Positions 10,875 through 23,491 of a stretch of DNA of 64,000 nucleotides are shown in pieces (position 1 is the first letter of the stretch; every line of letters starts with the position of its first letter). A program made the translations under genes and the position numbers. The notes below the pieces were generated by a model that searched no databases, had not been told where the DNA came from, and saw only the letters and a program-made list of their open reading frames with translations. The DNA is from Eledone cirrhosa (lineage: Eukaryota), in the NCBI GenBank assembly GCA_964016885.1, contig OZ024740.1, positions 118,916,001-118,980,000 on the forward strand, given 5' to 3'.

Positions 10875-11439
10875 TATCTCCCCTGTGTGCTGAAAATTTA
10901 AAGTAAATGAGACTGTCACTACTCTAAAACAATAGCGTAAGGTCTTCGAAATGCATTGAATTAAGCATACAGTGTATTGCAAAATACACTATATATACAT
11001 TTATATATATATATATACAGATATACAGATATGCATATATATAACAGGAAAATCTGCTTCGTAGAATCGAGACGTATCCGAGGACCGCGCGATTTCAGAG
11101 TCAGCTTTGAACACCACATCGATCGTGCCTCGAGCTGGTCGCCCGAGAAACAATTGTAATATGTCCAATAAATTCCTTTCATCGCAACACTGATTCTCTT
11201 TTTTCTGTGATATATATATATAAATTAATAAAAATAATGAATAAAAATAAAGAAACAGTTCCTTACATTTAAAAATCATCATTTTACGATCGTTTCTAGG
11301 ATATATATGTATGTGTTGGTATGTATATCATATAGATCTATGTAAAAGTTTTACAAACTATCAGAGGGAATATACATACCTACACATATATATGCTGTCT
11401 TCTGAAGACAGCATATATATGTGTGCCTTTTTACCGTGG

Positions 11440-11625
11440 CATACTGTAAATGAGGTTGGTGTTAGGAAGGGCATCCCCCTGTAGAAATCAAGCCAAAATC
11501 AGTTCCATATGAGCAAGACATGGTCACCTGATCTGGCATTGCCCACAACAGGACAACCTGTCTAACCCATGCTAGTGTGGAAGAATGGATGTAAAATAGT
11601 GGTGATGATAATGATGATGATGATT
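11440..11625 (+). mobile_element. RTE-related 3' module with (GAT)n tail
   Basis: GGTGTTAGGAAGGGCATCC...GTCTAACCCATGCTAGTGTGGAA...GATGATGAT, the same module as at 27880-28040. Confidence 0.7.
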
Positions 11626-12899
11626 ACACACACACAAGCACACATAAAATATATTAGAGGACCACTTCAACATATGTTAGGAATAAATTCATTGACACTG
11701 AAATGAGGTACATGAAGGCTTTTCTCTATCTTAGAATGAGGATGCATGTTTATGTAAATAAGCTGTGTCAGTTTCTTTACATTTTAGTACGCAGCTTTCC
11801 ACTACTATTGTTAGCCATTTGGTAGGGAAGTGAATGAATCCTGATAGATTGTTAGATATCAATGAAACCCCTCAGTTTTGTACTTCAGCCCAAATTTCAC
11901 AAAAACACCTTTTGACGCCTGCAACTTGTAAATTATTTATTTCTTCTTTTGTTATATGTGTAATTATACATAAACTCATAGTTTGTATGCATCTGAAAAT
12001 GTATCACTTTTTAAAAAATCTATGCTTGTTTTTCTTTAGATATGTTCATCTACTGTAATCTATTTCACCCTATCTCTCTGTCTCTGTGATTGTATTGTTT
12101 ACTCTCTCTCTCTCCAGATCCCACACACATGCACACACTTTTATCATAAACATACTCTCTTTCCCTCTTACACACCCACCCACTTATATTTTCTCTCTCT
12201 CTCTTTCACACATGCGGACACACACAATTTCTCTCTCACACAAATACTCTCACACACACACTCTCTTGCTACATATGCATTTGTTTATCTAACTCTTACT
12301 TATGTCTCTTTCTGTCTACCTATTTAACTATGCTAGCAAGATTTTATCCAAATTTGTTAACACTTCAGGCAACAGTTTTCAAAGATTATATACAGCCTTG
12401 AGCTAGAATTTCTATAGTATATTCATGCCTCCCAGCTGAAACTATTTGCTATTCTTCAGTCAATGTAGATTTAAATATTGTATTATTTCATAGATTCACT
12501 AATACAACAAATTCAAAGAATATTTTAAATCTCTAAAACACAACTCCAAAACAAAACAAAATCATAAATTGTCCATCAGAAATATAATAGTTATGTTTTA
12601 GTGTATGTTCTAACAAATAGACATATTTTGTTTCAAATAACTATTTTCCTAAAGAAAAAAAATGATGATGATAGGAAAAATGGGGATAATAAAATGAAAA
12701 CAATGACAAAAAACCAATTCTAATAATGATAATAATAGCAAAAATTATATTTCAGAAGACACAATGACATGAAATTGCTTTGAGAGAAACACACAAAAAC
12801 CAGTAATATTATGTTAGATAAAGAAACAGAAATTAAGCCAAGGGTATACATAGTGAACCAATGAAGATAACAACACAAATAAGAGAAATATACTCAGAA

Positions 12900-13200
12900 T
12901 TAAATATTCTCCGGTTGATCTGGCTGGATCTCCTAGCAAGACCAGCCGAGTTCATTGAAGTTATCCTGTGTTTTCTGCTGGCTGGTTATGCCTGTAAAAT
13001 ATATCCAGTAATTCTTTCCTTACATAATCTGACCTCATGTCCATAGTTTTTGTGCTGTGGTTTATCGATTTGGAACAGTAGTGTCTCTACTCGGAGTGAC
13101 TCCCTTATCTTTGAGCTATGCAATCTATCAAGTAACATTACTCTAAAAAACCTTTGGAGGAACTCCGTTTCAGCCACATGTACTCACAACCGTGGTTTCA
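12900..13200 (-). mobile_element. Degenerate RTE LINE 3' fragment
   Basis: AETEFLQR...LLDRLHSSKIRESL.VE.LL.QI.....YGH..R...ERI...ILQA, an RTE C-terminal pattern. Confidence 0.65.
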
Positions 13201-14029
13201 GGTATTATCTAATACTAGAATTGTTTCCATACACTGATGTATATGTGTATATGTGTGTGCATGTGTGTATGTGCATATGAATACATTTATATGTATAAAT
13301 ATATAAATATAAACAAGCGGACAAGCTTACAAAAATACATACTCACAGACATACATTCAGACAAACTCACATATACATTCACACAAACACACACACATAC
13401 ATTTATACAAACACACACATACACATACACTCACACACAGCGTAGTAAATGAAATGCCAGCTACTGTTCTCTTATATTTTTTCACCATCCCCTTCCTTTT
13501 TTTACACACACCTACATTTACACACACACACACACAGTGTGTGACAGATGTAAGTTGGAATAAATCCTCACAGTATTTTGTATTATTGAATTTATTGCTA
13601 ACATTTATTGTCGAGATCTACAAACTCTACGTTTCGTTCATATTTGCAAACCAATCTGATGAAATTTAATTAAACTGGAAAGACGAATTTTAAATAAAAT
13701 TACTATAAGGCAAAATAAAATTCAAAGAAAATCAACCATAGAAGAAGAAACAATTTGTTTATAATATTTTTATATTCTCCACTGCCATTTTTTACATCAA
13801 ACATAAAGAGAGAGGAGTAGTATTAAGTAGTCATAACAACAGTGGTAGCAGCACACTGGATTTTGTTGTAAAGAGAGAGGAGTAGTATAAGTTAGTCAAA
13901 CTACTACTCTCTCTTTACATGTTGCATCAGAATTACAGAAATTTATATATAGATTCATGACCATAAATAAGGGCATGAATACCAATTAAAGATCACATGT
14001 TTGGCTTTTGCAGCTACTTCCCTCCTTCT

Positions 14030-14900
14030 GATATCTGAATGTTGAATTTGGCACATTACTGCACTAGCTGCTGCAATTCTTGAACTTAATCCAGACTCAT
14101 GCCTTCCATCACATGTGAATATGCACCCCCAAATACTTGAACTTTTGCACCTGCTTCAGTGGCTCTAACATGTAGAGGGACTGTACAGGCTTCTTTGAGA
14201 GGACAAGTGTCTCAGTCTTTACAGCACTGATTTTCCTTCCATCCATGCAGCTATTGGCAGCAAATCTATCAAGTGCATGTCAGTTAAGTAGTATTATGTT
14301 GACTGCAGATTCCAGCCAATTGATCCTACTGCTGCCAGTCATGATACCACTTGCAGCCCGGCTGTTCAGGACAATCCTATTCATGAAGATTATGAACAGG
14401 AAAGGTGAGAGTATGCACCCTTAAGAGTGTATGATACCCACATTGAATGGTTTTGACTTAGCATCATTTTCTTCAAACACAAGTACTAGGGCAAAGCTGT
14501 CCATTGATCCCATACTCCTGCAGAACCTTCCCCAACAAATACTGTGGAATGTGATCATATGCCTTGTTGAGGTCTACAAAATAGGCTTACACCATTTGAC
14601 AATACTCCAATGATTTCTTGAAGACGTGCCACAGTGTGGATATTTGGTCAGATGTGCTGTACCTGGGGTGAAAGCCACTCTGTTTCTTGGCTAGCTTGGA
14701 CTCAACAACATCCCTACACCTCTTTGCTAAACACTTAGCATAAACATTACTGGGGGAGCTTAACAAGCAGATCCCTCTATAATTGGAGCAATCTCTCTCT
14801 TGTCTCCCTTCTTGAAAATGAGATTAGCACTCCTAGGTGCAATTGCTTAGATGCCTTTCCAGAGATCCAAGCTGCCTAACATGCATGAGTCATCCAGAGA
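14030..14900 (-). mobile_element. Degenerate RTE RT fragment
   Basis: Minus strand reads motifs like NYRGI.LLSSP..VYAKCL, FHPRYSTSDQI, FVDL.KA.D with stops and frameshifts. Confidence 0.6.
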
Positions 14901-15084
14901 ATACCATATGACAACTGCTGTTCTGCATTTGTCATTTATCATATACATTTTATCACAGTGTATAGATGTAGTGAGTCTACTGATGTTACTGATATTACTA
15001 AATGTATGTATTGTTTCTGTTTGTCTGGGCTTGGTAGAAAAAATACAGGTTTTATTATGCTGTTGTAAGAGCTGTAATAAGTAC

Positions 15085-15238
15085 ACATGTGGCCCGCACA
15101 AAAGTTTTTACTTCGCGAGCATGTTTTATGTTCGTAAAATTAGTTGTAATGTGTGCAATTAGTTGTCATGTGTGGCCCTCAAACAACACATATGTGACCC
15201 ATGTGGCCCTCGGGGGACCCTCAGTTTGACATATCTGC
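15085..15238. mobile_element. Possible hAT/Charlie-type MITE end
   Basis: Repeated TGTGGCCC subterminal motifs and terminus AGTTTGACATATCTG; the other end was not located. Confidence 0.4.
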
Positions 15239-15719
15239 TCCAATGAGTATGCCAATCCATTGCTCTTAAACAAATGATTTTTCAGAAAAATTGATGGAAT
15301 TATTTTGGCAGGAATAGAAATCAGTTTCTTTCTTTACCTATGTTTTAACTCTTTATATTTGCATAATATTTTATATTCACTTCTCTCTCTCTCTCTCTCT
15401 CCCTCTCCCTCTCTCTCTCTCTTTAATATATATATATATAAAGGCAGTGCTGCAGCATGGCCTCAGCCGGTTGGCGGGAACAGGTAAAAGAGTAAAAGAG
15501 TATATATATATATATGTGTGTGTGTATTATGGAGAAAAAGAAGGTCTGACATTTGTGGGTTGCCCCTTCCTCTGAGGGATGATACAAAATTCAGTTGAAC
15601 ATTTTTCCTGAGCCTCAGCCAAAGCATTCTCTTGCCATCAGATAAAAACTCACCCAACATTTTGCATTTCATTGAATATGGTTGTTGACCACCACCTTGA
15701 TTCCTCAGACCATTTAAAT

Positions 15720-15995
15720 CAGTCATGGGCAACCTTTTTCGAGAGTGAGCCACATGAGATATGACTCATCATCAGGCAGGCCACAAGCGCTAATTTACAT
15801 AAAAAAATGGGCGGTAACTCATATTGATTTGATTTTTTTCTTCAGAATTCATACATGTTGTTTTCCTCAATTTTAAAAACGATATAAAGATAAATTACGA
15901 CTCAAACGTTGGGGTAAAAATACAAAAATATTTCACTAAGGTGACTTAGGCGAGCCATTCGGAAAGCTTCGCAGGCCACAGGTTGTCCATGACTG
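15720..15995. mobile_element. hAT-superfamily MITE
   Basis: TIRs CAGTCATGGGCAACCT / AGGTTGTCCATGACTG (one mismatch) and 8-bp TSD ATTTAAAT at 15712-15719 and 15996-16003. Confidence 0.9.
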
Positions 15996-16297
15996 ATTTA
16001 AATGCTAGTAATAATAATTCATCCATTCAATGTCAATAAAAGAAGCACCAGTCTAGTATTTGGGTTGATTCTTCCTCTATATCTCTTTCTCACTTCCATT
16101 CCTCACTTTCTATCCTTCTCTGCAACAAATCTGCTGTATTCAAACCTCGACATGGGATGGGCTCCACATGGTTTTAAAATAATGACCTAAGAAATGTTGT
16201 ATGTGAATATGGTGTCCCTATGACTCCCTCAGGAGTTATGGGTCCACAGTATACCATATAGTAAGATCAATTTCATAAATTTGTGCATTTATATAAT

Positions 16298-16480
16298 TGT
16301 TTCTACATTTAGCACAAGGCCGGCAATTACCCAGTACATTACTGGTACTTTATTTTATCGACCCTGTAAGGATGAAAAGCAAAGTTAACCTCGCTGGGAT
16401 TTGAACTTAGTCTGTAAAGGGATGTAACTATGCTAGAAAGCATGGTGTGCGACTCTCTACCTATACTGCCAATACACCAC
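16298..16480 (-). mobile_element. tRNA-derived SINE (same family as 1921-2101)
   Basis: Aligns along its length with 1921-2101; TSD ATTTATATAAT at 16287-16297 and 16482-16492. Confidence 0.85.
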
Positions 16481-17326
16481 TATTTATATAATATTAGTTA
16501 AACCAAGATTGAACTCCTTTCTATTGTTGAATACACTTGTTACATAAAATAGATTGTGGTAAACAGAGTTATAGTCCTTGTCAAGTGGTGCTATATGGTT
16601 ACAGTAATAAAGCAGTTAGGGTTCTAAGTACTATTACTACCATGACAGCCAGTTTACTGTGTGAAGAGATAAGTTATAGCAGAATTACAAGCAAAGTCTG
16701 ACAAAGTCTGAGAAGCCTTTCACAGAGAAGCATACAACCAACCATCCCTGGAGAAGAGACAAGTTCCACGAAGTTATTGGCATATTGAAATGTATTGCTG
16801 CACACCTGCAGACCCATTAGGCTGTGAACTCTGGATGGAATTGTAAACATTGATCTCGTGACATTGTAGAAATTAATCTCTTCCATACAGAAATGTTCCT
16901 TACTAATAGTATATAACTTTACAATAATGAAATTTAATAATGTGTTGTTTTATAAAGCATAGCTTAATTTCTTTATATTTTAATCTTTTCGTCCATCATA
17001 TTTACCACATTTGCCCAATGACACTGATTTCTTATATCTTCAACTATTTTTTTTTTTTGTTGGAACAACTCCAAATTCTTGTGAATTGATAGAGTTACAT
17101 TCATGTCTTAAAGACATTTATGACTCTTAAGTTGATAACAAAATATAAACAAAATTATAATAAATCTAAACAATAATTTATTTAGTCTTAAGAATATTCA
17201 AGATGGATGTAGATATTTGTATAATGCTCAAATGAAAAGATTCACTGAAAAGAAAAGAGAAACAAATTCTCAAATAGAATAAATATGTATTACAAACGTA
17301 TGTATGCAATATGATATATAGAAGTG

Positions 17327-17371
<45 letters not shown>

Positions 17372-17679
17372 TTATTATCATCATCATTTAACACCCTGCT
17401 GGCAATATATATATATATATAATAAATGTACTAAATAAACAAATATCAACTTAAATTACTTTGATCATGTACAAAGATGTAAAATAAAATTGATGTCTAA
17501 ATAATCATAAACATATTAAAACTTCCTGATGGACAAGATATATATTAAGTAGAATATATATATATATTGTATATAATCTATTATCTAAGACACAATGTAT
17601 TATTATATAGAAATTTGATATCCTATTTTAAAACATTATACTGCATAACTATTGTTTCTGTCAATATTGTAGTGTTTTG

Positions 17680-19350
17680 GGTGTCTTATTCACACCAGTC
17701 ACCAATTTGGCACTTCTTTTAAGACCCACAAAAACTAGGATTTTGAGGGCAGCCTTTACTTGCCTTGTAATAGCAACATCATTGGGTTGTGAAAGTTTGC
17801 TTATGAGCTAACAGTGTCACACAATGCTCTGTCTCCCCTAATATTGTTCATCCAGCAGGCATGCATTAATATTTAAAGTAACCATCATATCTGGAGGCTG
17901 TATTGCTATCTGCCACCTGTGACCAGTTCTTTAGCAGAATACCTCTGCTTCAGCTGTTAAATGCTATGAGTGAAAGTGGCTTGGTGTTGTACTGGGTGGC
18001 AGAAGAACCTTTTGGTTCAATCAAATGGTCAAAGATGACATCCAAGCAAAGAAAGTGTTTTGACAGACTGTCAACTTTGTAATAAGTTCTCCTCCACACT
18101 TACTATCAGGAGTGTGTTTTGGGTTCTCCTCTCTTTAGAGAGATGTATCCTCATGGGCTGAAGAGAATACTTTGTTGATTTGCTAAATACAGTTACATAA
18201 GGTGCATCTGGGAATAATGACTAACTTTTTGAAGGCTGAGATCACAAGAGCAGTTAAAGAGCACAAATGTGGCAAAGCCCCGGGGAGAATGAAATTCAGC
18301 CTGAGATGTTAAAAGCCTTGATTAGAGTTTGGGTTTCACCCTGGGTCCTGCAGAGTCAACTAAATATATACACTGCTGCAAGTCTTTAAGAAATCATGGG
18401 ATTATTGCCAAATGGGATAACATTATTTTGTAGACCTTGAAAAGCAAATGACTGCAATCCACAGGACTGATTGTGGAAGGTTCTATTGGAGTATAGAATC
18501 AATGGACAGCTTCTTGTGCCCTGATGTCTCTATATGAATCCCCTATTATTTATGTTCAGATAAATAATTCAATGTGGGTGTCATACACTTATAAGGGTGA
18601 GTACTATCACCTTTCCTGGAAAGGATTGACATGTGCTACCAGGTTGAAAGTTGTATCAAGACAGATGGGTGTAGGATCAGTCAGCTGGAATTGGTGGACA
18701 ACATGTTATTACATAACTCATCCGAAGGTAATCTCTGGGATGCACTAGGAAGCCTGTGCAGTGTGTTTATGAGAACTACTGAAGCAACTGGAGAATTTGA
18801 AGTATCTTGGGGCGCTTTTCACAGGTGATGGAATTCAGGAAGCTGAGTTAAGTGCAAGAATTGTAGGTACTGTTGCGGTAATGAGCCAGCTTCAACATTC
18901 AATCATCAGGAGAAGGTAGGTAGGTATGAAAACCAAACTCATAATCTTCAATTGAGTATTCGTGCAAATAGAAGTGGCCAAAATGGGTTCCAGCAAATGG
19001 TCTTTGGAATAACATTACTCAATAGTGTTCATAGCTCAAAGATCAGAGAGTTGCTCAACATGAATTCGATATTTCTCCAAACTGAGAGATCACAGCTCCT
19101 ATACTATGGACATGCAGTTATAATGTCTCAGGAAAGAATTGCTGGACAGATTTTACAAGCAAAAATCAACTGGCAGGAGTCCCAGAGGTAGACCCCACAC
19201 AGGTGGGTAGGATATTATTTATAAACTTGACTGGTCACATTTGGACATCTAGCTGGATCAATTGGAGATGGTTATTTTTGACAGGAGCTACTGCAAGATG
19301 TTCTTGAGGACTCTTCTCCACAACCCTTCTTGGAATAAGTGGGCAAAGAA
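17680..19350 (+). mobile_element. Heavily degenerate, internally deleted RTE LINE
   Basis: Residual GKAPGENEI.PEMLK, FVDLEK, and SSKIRELL......TERSQL.YYGH...MSQERIA.QILQA motifs; ends near GAAGAAGA. Confidence 0.6.
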
Positions 19351-22300
19351 GAAGAGGCTGCTTAACTACATCTAAATATGTAAAATGCCACATAGTACTG
19401 CAACTATTTCTAAGTATGTGAATTTATATTTCAAGAATATTTAATTTTGCTCTAGCACATTCTAAACCACATGACACTCTAACCCTTATAATCACTACAA
19501 CTGTTAGGCTTAACAATCACTACTGATCATTCTTAACGAGCTTTCTTTTATAGTATAGCGTAATCATCACACCTACACTAGGCATTCTCTTCAAAACGAA
19601 ACAATAAAATACTTTAGCTCTGAATAATTACTGACTCTCTAATGTTTTCTCCCACTCTACTACAACAATGGCCTCTGATGTTCAAATCCCAGTATTAATA
19701 TATCTCATTCACCTAATCCTATACAACATACCTGTCTCTCACTTTTGTGGTACATATTCTGTTTCTCTCCCAGAACCTCAACCTTCTCTTTTGTGTTTCC
19801 TGTCCATATTTTTTTCTCTAGACATCAACATGTAGCAGTTAAATATTGAATATTCTCGGAAAGACAGACATGACCATAGGCAATATCCTTTATCAATGAT
19901 TAAATCATACAAAAAAATAAAATTTTGTAGTTAAAATAAAAAAATAAAATATGCACAGACAACTGAACAGTTGCATTTTCTGTTATTTTTTATATTTTCA
20001 TTTTATCATGTCAGTGTAAAATATCACGTTTTCACTCCTGGTAGTGTATTATGATTGAACAGCTGGTGGACGGTGAACAACCTGTGATTAGTATTAAGCA
20101 GGCAAGATACCACTGGTCATTCAACCTTTGAAGAATAGCAGCTAAATATATGCCAAATTATATATTTCATTTATCATTTTTAAAGAAATATTAAATAACG
20201 TGGCCCTAGATACATAGATTGAAAGAGAACAATAAAAATATCAAATGTCTGCTTGATTGCAATTGTTCTGGGACTAAGAAACAAAACAACAAAGCTTTAA
20301 TATATGAAAGTAGATTTGTTAAAACATTTAGCCTTGAAGGAGATAAATTAGGTGAAAGGTATAGCAGTTAAAAATCTTGACTTTTACACAGATATATAAG
20401 ATTCTATCATCATTATCATCATTATCCTCCTCCTCATCATCATCATCACCACATAATGTCCATTTCCCTGCTAGCAAATGTTGGATGGGTTCTTGATAAT
20501 GTCAAAACTTAGCTGAAGTAGCTGACCCCTTAGATAGGACAGTGGCTGCATATTACTTACATATGTTCCTATAATGTACTGTATGTGTTTTATCAAATAA
20601 ATATTTGTGAAATCTATAGCCACTTAATATTCTGAAAAATGCAAAGCAAGAAACGTTAATGGTTTAAGTAGATCTAAACAATCAGTTTTTAGAGACCCAA
20701 GCTAAAACGAATTCCCAATAACCATAATTTCAAGTCTAATAGTGCAATATTCTTCAAAATTTCAAATTTAGGAAATAACAGATTGTTCAAAGTTGCCAAC
20801 TTTGAATTGTCCACGAGATATTACAAATACATTAAAATAAAATATTCAGACAGTTCTATATGATCACATTTCTCAATTCCAATAAATTTGGTATCATGGA
20901 TGTATTTGAAGGTGACTGTTTTTTATGTTTCATTGAATAAAAAGCACAAATACTGAACATCTAGCTGGAATATCGAAATTAGAAATTCTGACATATTTCA
21001 TGTTATAAGAGATTCAAGCAATTAACACAGACTACTCTGATATGACAAGAAAATTGATGTCTCAGACAAATATCGAGTGATGTAAGTGAAAACTTCTATT
21101 AGCTTCAAGATTATAAAAATTGAAATTTCAATAGTTTTTCAGTTCTTGAAATTGAAAATTATTCAAATGAAAGATTACCAAAAGATCAAATTTTATATCC
21201 GCAATATTACAAAATGAGACTTTCAGAACATAAGAATTAACAATTCTGATATGGCTGAGACTAATCATATTTGAAGCCTCTGATTTTTTCATAGTTGTGG
21301 GAATTGGATCGAAATTGAAAAATATCAACTCTTCTGAGATTGTTAAACTTCTAAATAATGTTAAGACTGTGTTTGCTTTTGAAACCATCAATTTTTACAA
21401 GTCTATAAACACCAGAATTAAAAAGATTTTAACAGCTCTTAGTAATTAAGATTGAAAAGTTTGACAAATGTGTGGAAATCAAATTGACAAATTTCGACAT
21501 GATGTTTCTAGTGGTTTTAGAGTTATAAAACTTATACAATAAATACCAGTTGAGTATTGGTGTTGATCTTTTGGCTATACATAATTTAAACTTTGATCTA
21601 ATTTAAAAATTGATATTATATCATCCTCACCATCATCATCACCATCAAATGTATTACAAATATTTGCTTCAGTCAAGCAATCCTGTTTGGAAACATATCT
21701 AAGCTGTAAACTAGTTGAATATTTTCATTAACTATGTGCATAATCTGATGTATAAAAGGGAGAAAAATATAATTCACTAAACCATAAGTAACAAGATTAA
21801 TAAGATGTATCAGGTACACATTGTGTGTATATAGTACATTTATAGGTTGTTAATTTTATAAAGCAAATAATAGTCAAATGTATAATATATTTGCTGCTGA
21901 CAATCTTTAGATTCAGCAAACATTTAGAAGCAAGAATACCCATATCGTAGATCACTAAAATGAATATAAGCTTAATACAATAAACAAACAACCAATGTAA
22001 TGTTTACAAGCACAAATACCATAGGAAAGTTTCTCTCATATCATGTCAGCTTTAATAACATATATTTAAAGTGAGCAATCCATTAGTTATTCTCTTTGAA
22101 ATTGACTGAAACATATATACATCCCATTGACCATAAACATCAGAGTCAACAATATATAGAAATCTTTTGAAAAATGCTTAATTCTGATTAAATTGTAGTC
22201 ATCATCTACATTTGCTGGAAGCTTTTCAAAGTTTCAACAACATTTTATATGCAACATAGAAAATACCTGAAGTATAGAAAATTCAGGACATAAGATCGGT

Positions 22301-23425
22301 CACCAGACATGGATATATCAATTATTCCATAATTCAAGAGCAGTCATTATGTCACTCTAAGATGTGAGACGTGGCATTGAATTAAAGCAATATTAGAGTT
22401 GGTCACCATGTAAAACTTCAACAACGGTTGTCACAGTTTGGTAATGATGTACATATGCTATAGACGAAATCTGATTGGATCAAAACATGTCAAACATATA
22501 TAAGAAAAATACTAATTAATAAATGAAGTGAGATTATGCTGCAAACAAAACTGAAATAAAATATATTTTAGAAATATCATTGACTGAATTACATCACAAT
22601 ATACATTCCCATAGTAGAAAGAATTGAACCACTGACTGCTTTGTTCGTGCTGATGTGAAATCCATCATTATCCAAATAATAACCTCCATCACCACCATCA
22701 TTATCTTCATCGATGAGAGTGCCATCGCCATTATAAGTGTCGTTGACATCATTGTAATCATAATAGTCACAAAAAGCACACTTCAATCAATTTATGAACC
22801 TGTTATTTTATACTCAATACACATTTGTTAAAGCAGTCAAATTTGGAAAATCATTATGGTATTTTACACAAACTTCTTTAACAAACATATGCAAAAACAA
22901 ATTTTGCAATTAATGTTAATACTATTTTCAAAAGGAAAACAACTGAAAAATAATAAAAAAATTAATCTTGCTGTAATTTCTATTGTTGCTTTTCACTTTC
23001 CTTCCACTGTTTTTTTAATTCAAAATATCTGCCCCCTCCACACCTCACAAATAAAGAAATATTTTTTTTTTTTAATCAACATCTCATTTCATTTATTTTT
23101 ATATATATATATATATTTTATTTTTCACTTATTTATTACTCCGAGGAAAATAATTCCACTTTGAAATCACTTTTGCCATTCTGTCACCAGATCTCGTCAG
23201 AGATTCTGTCAAACCTACCGAAATATCCTTGCACTAACTTTAGCCATTCTTTATAGAAAATGAGCAATAAAATACCACTCAATCTCTAATTTTTAATTCT
23301 CTTGTCAAGACATAACAATTTTTTTTATTTGTTATTTTTAATTATTTTTATATACATTTTTTCTCCAAGTCAGGTTAAAAGAGTAGTTTTATTTTGCCCT
23401 CATATTTTTAAAAGGCAATTTATGT

Positions 23426-23491
<66 letters not shown>

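Noticed and set aside
13655-13690. CTGATGA core-like word (also at 7538, 29088, 57545)
   Set aside because: No matching stem II, GAAA and stem III arrangement.
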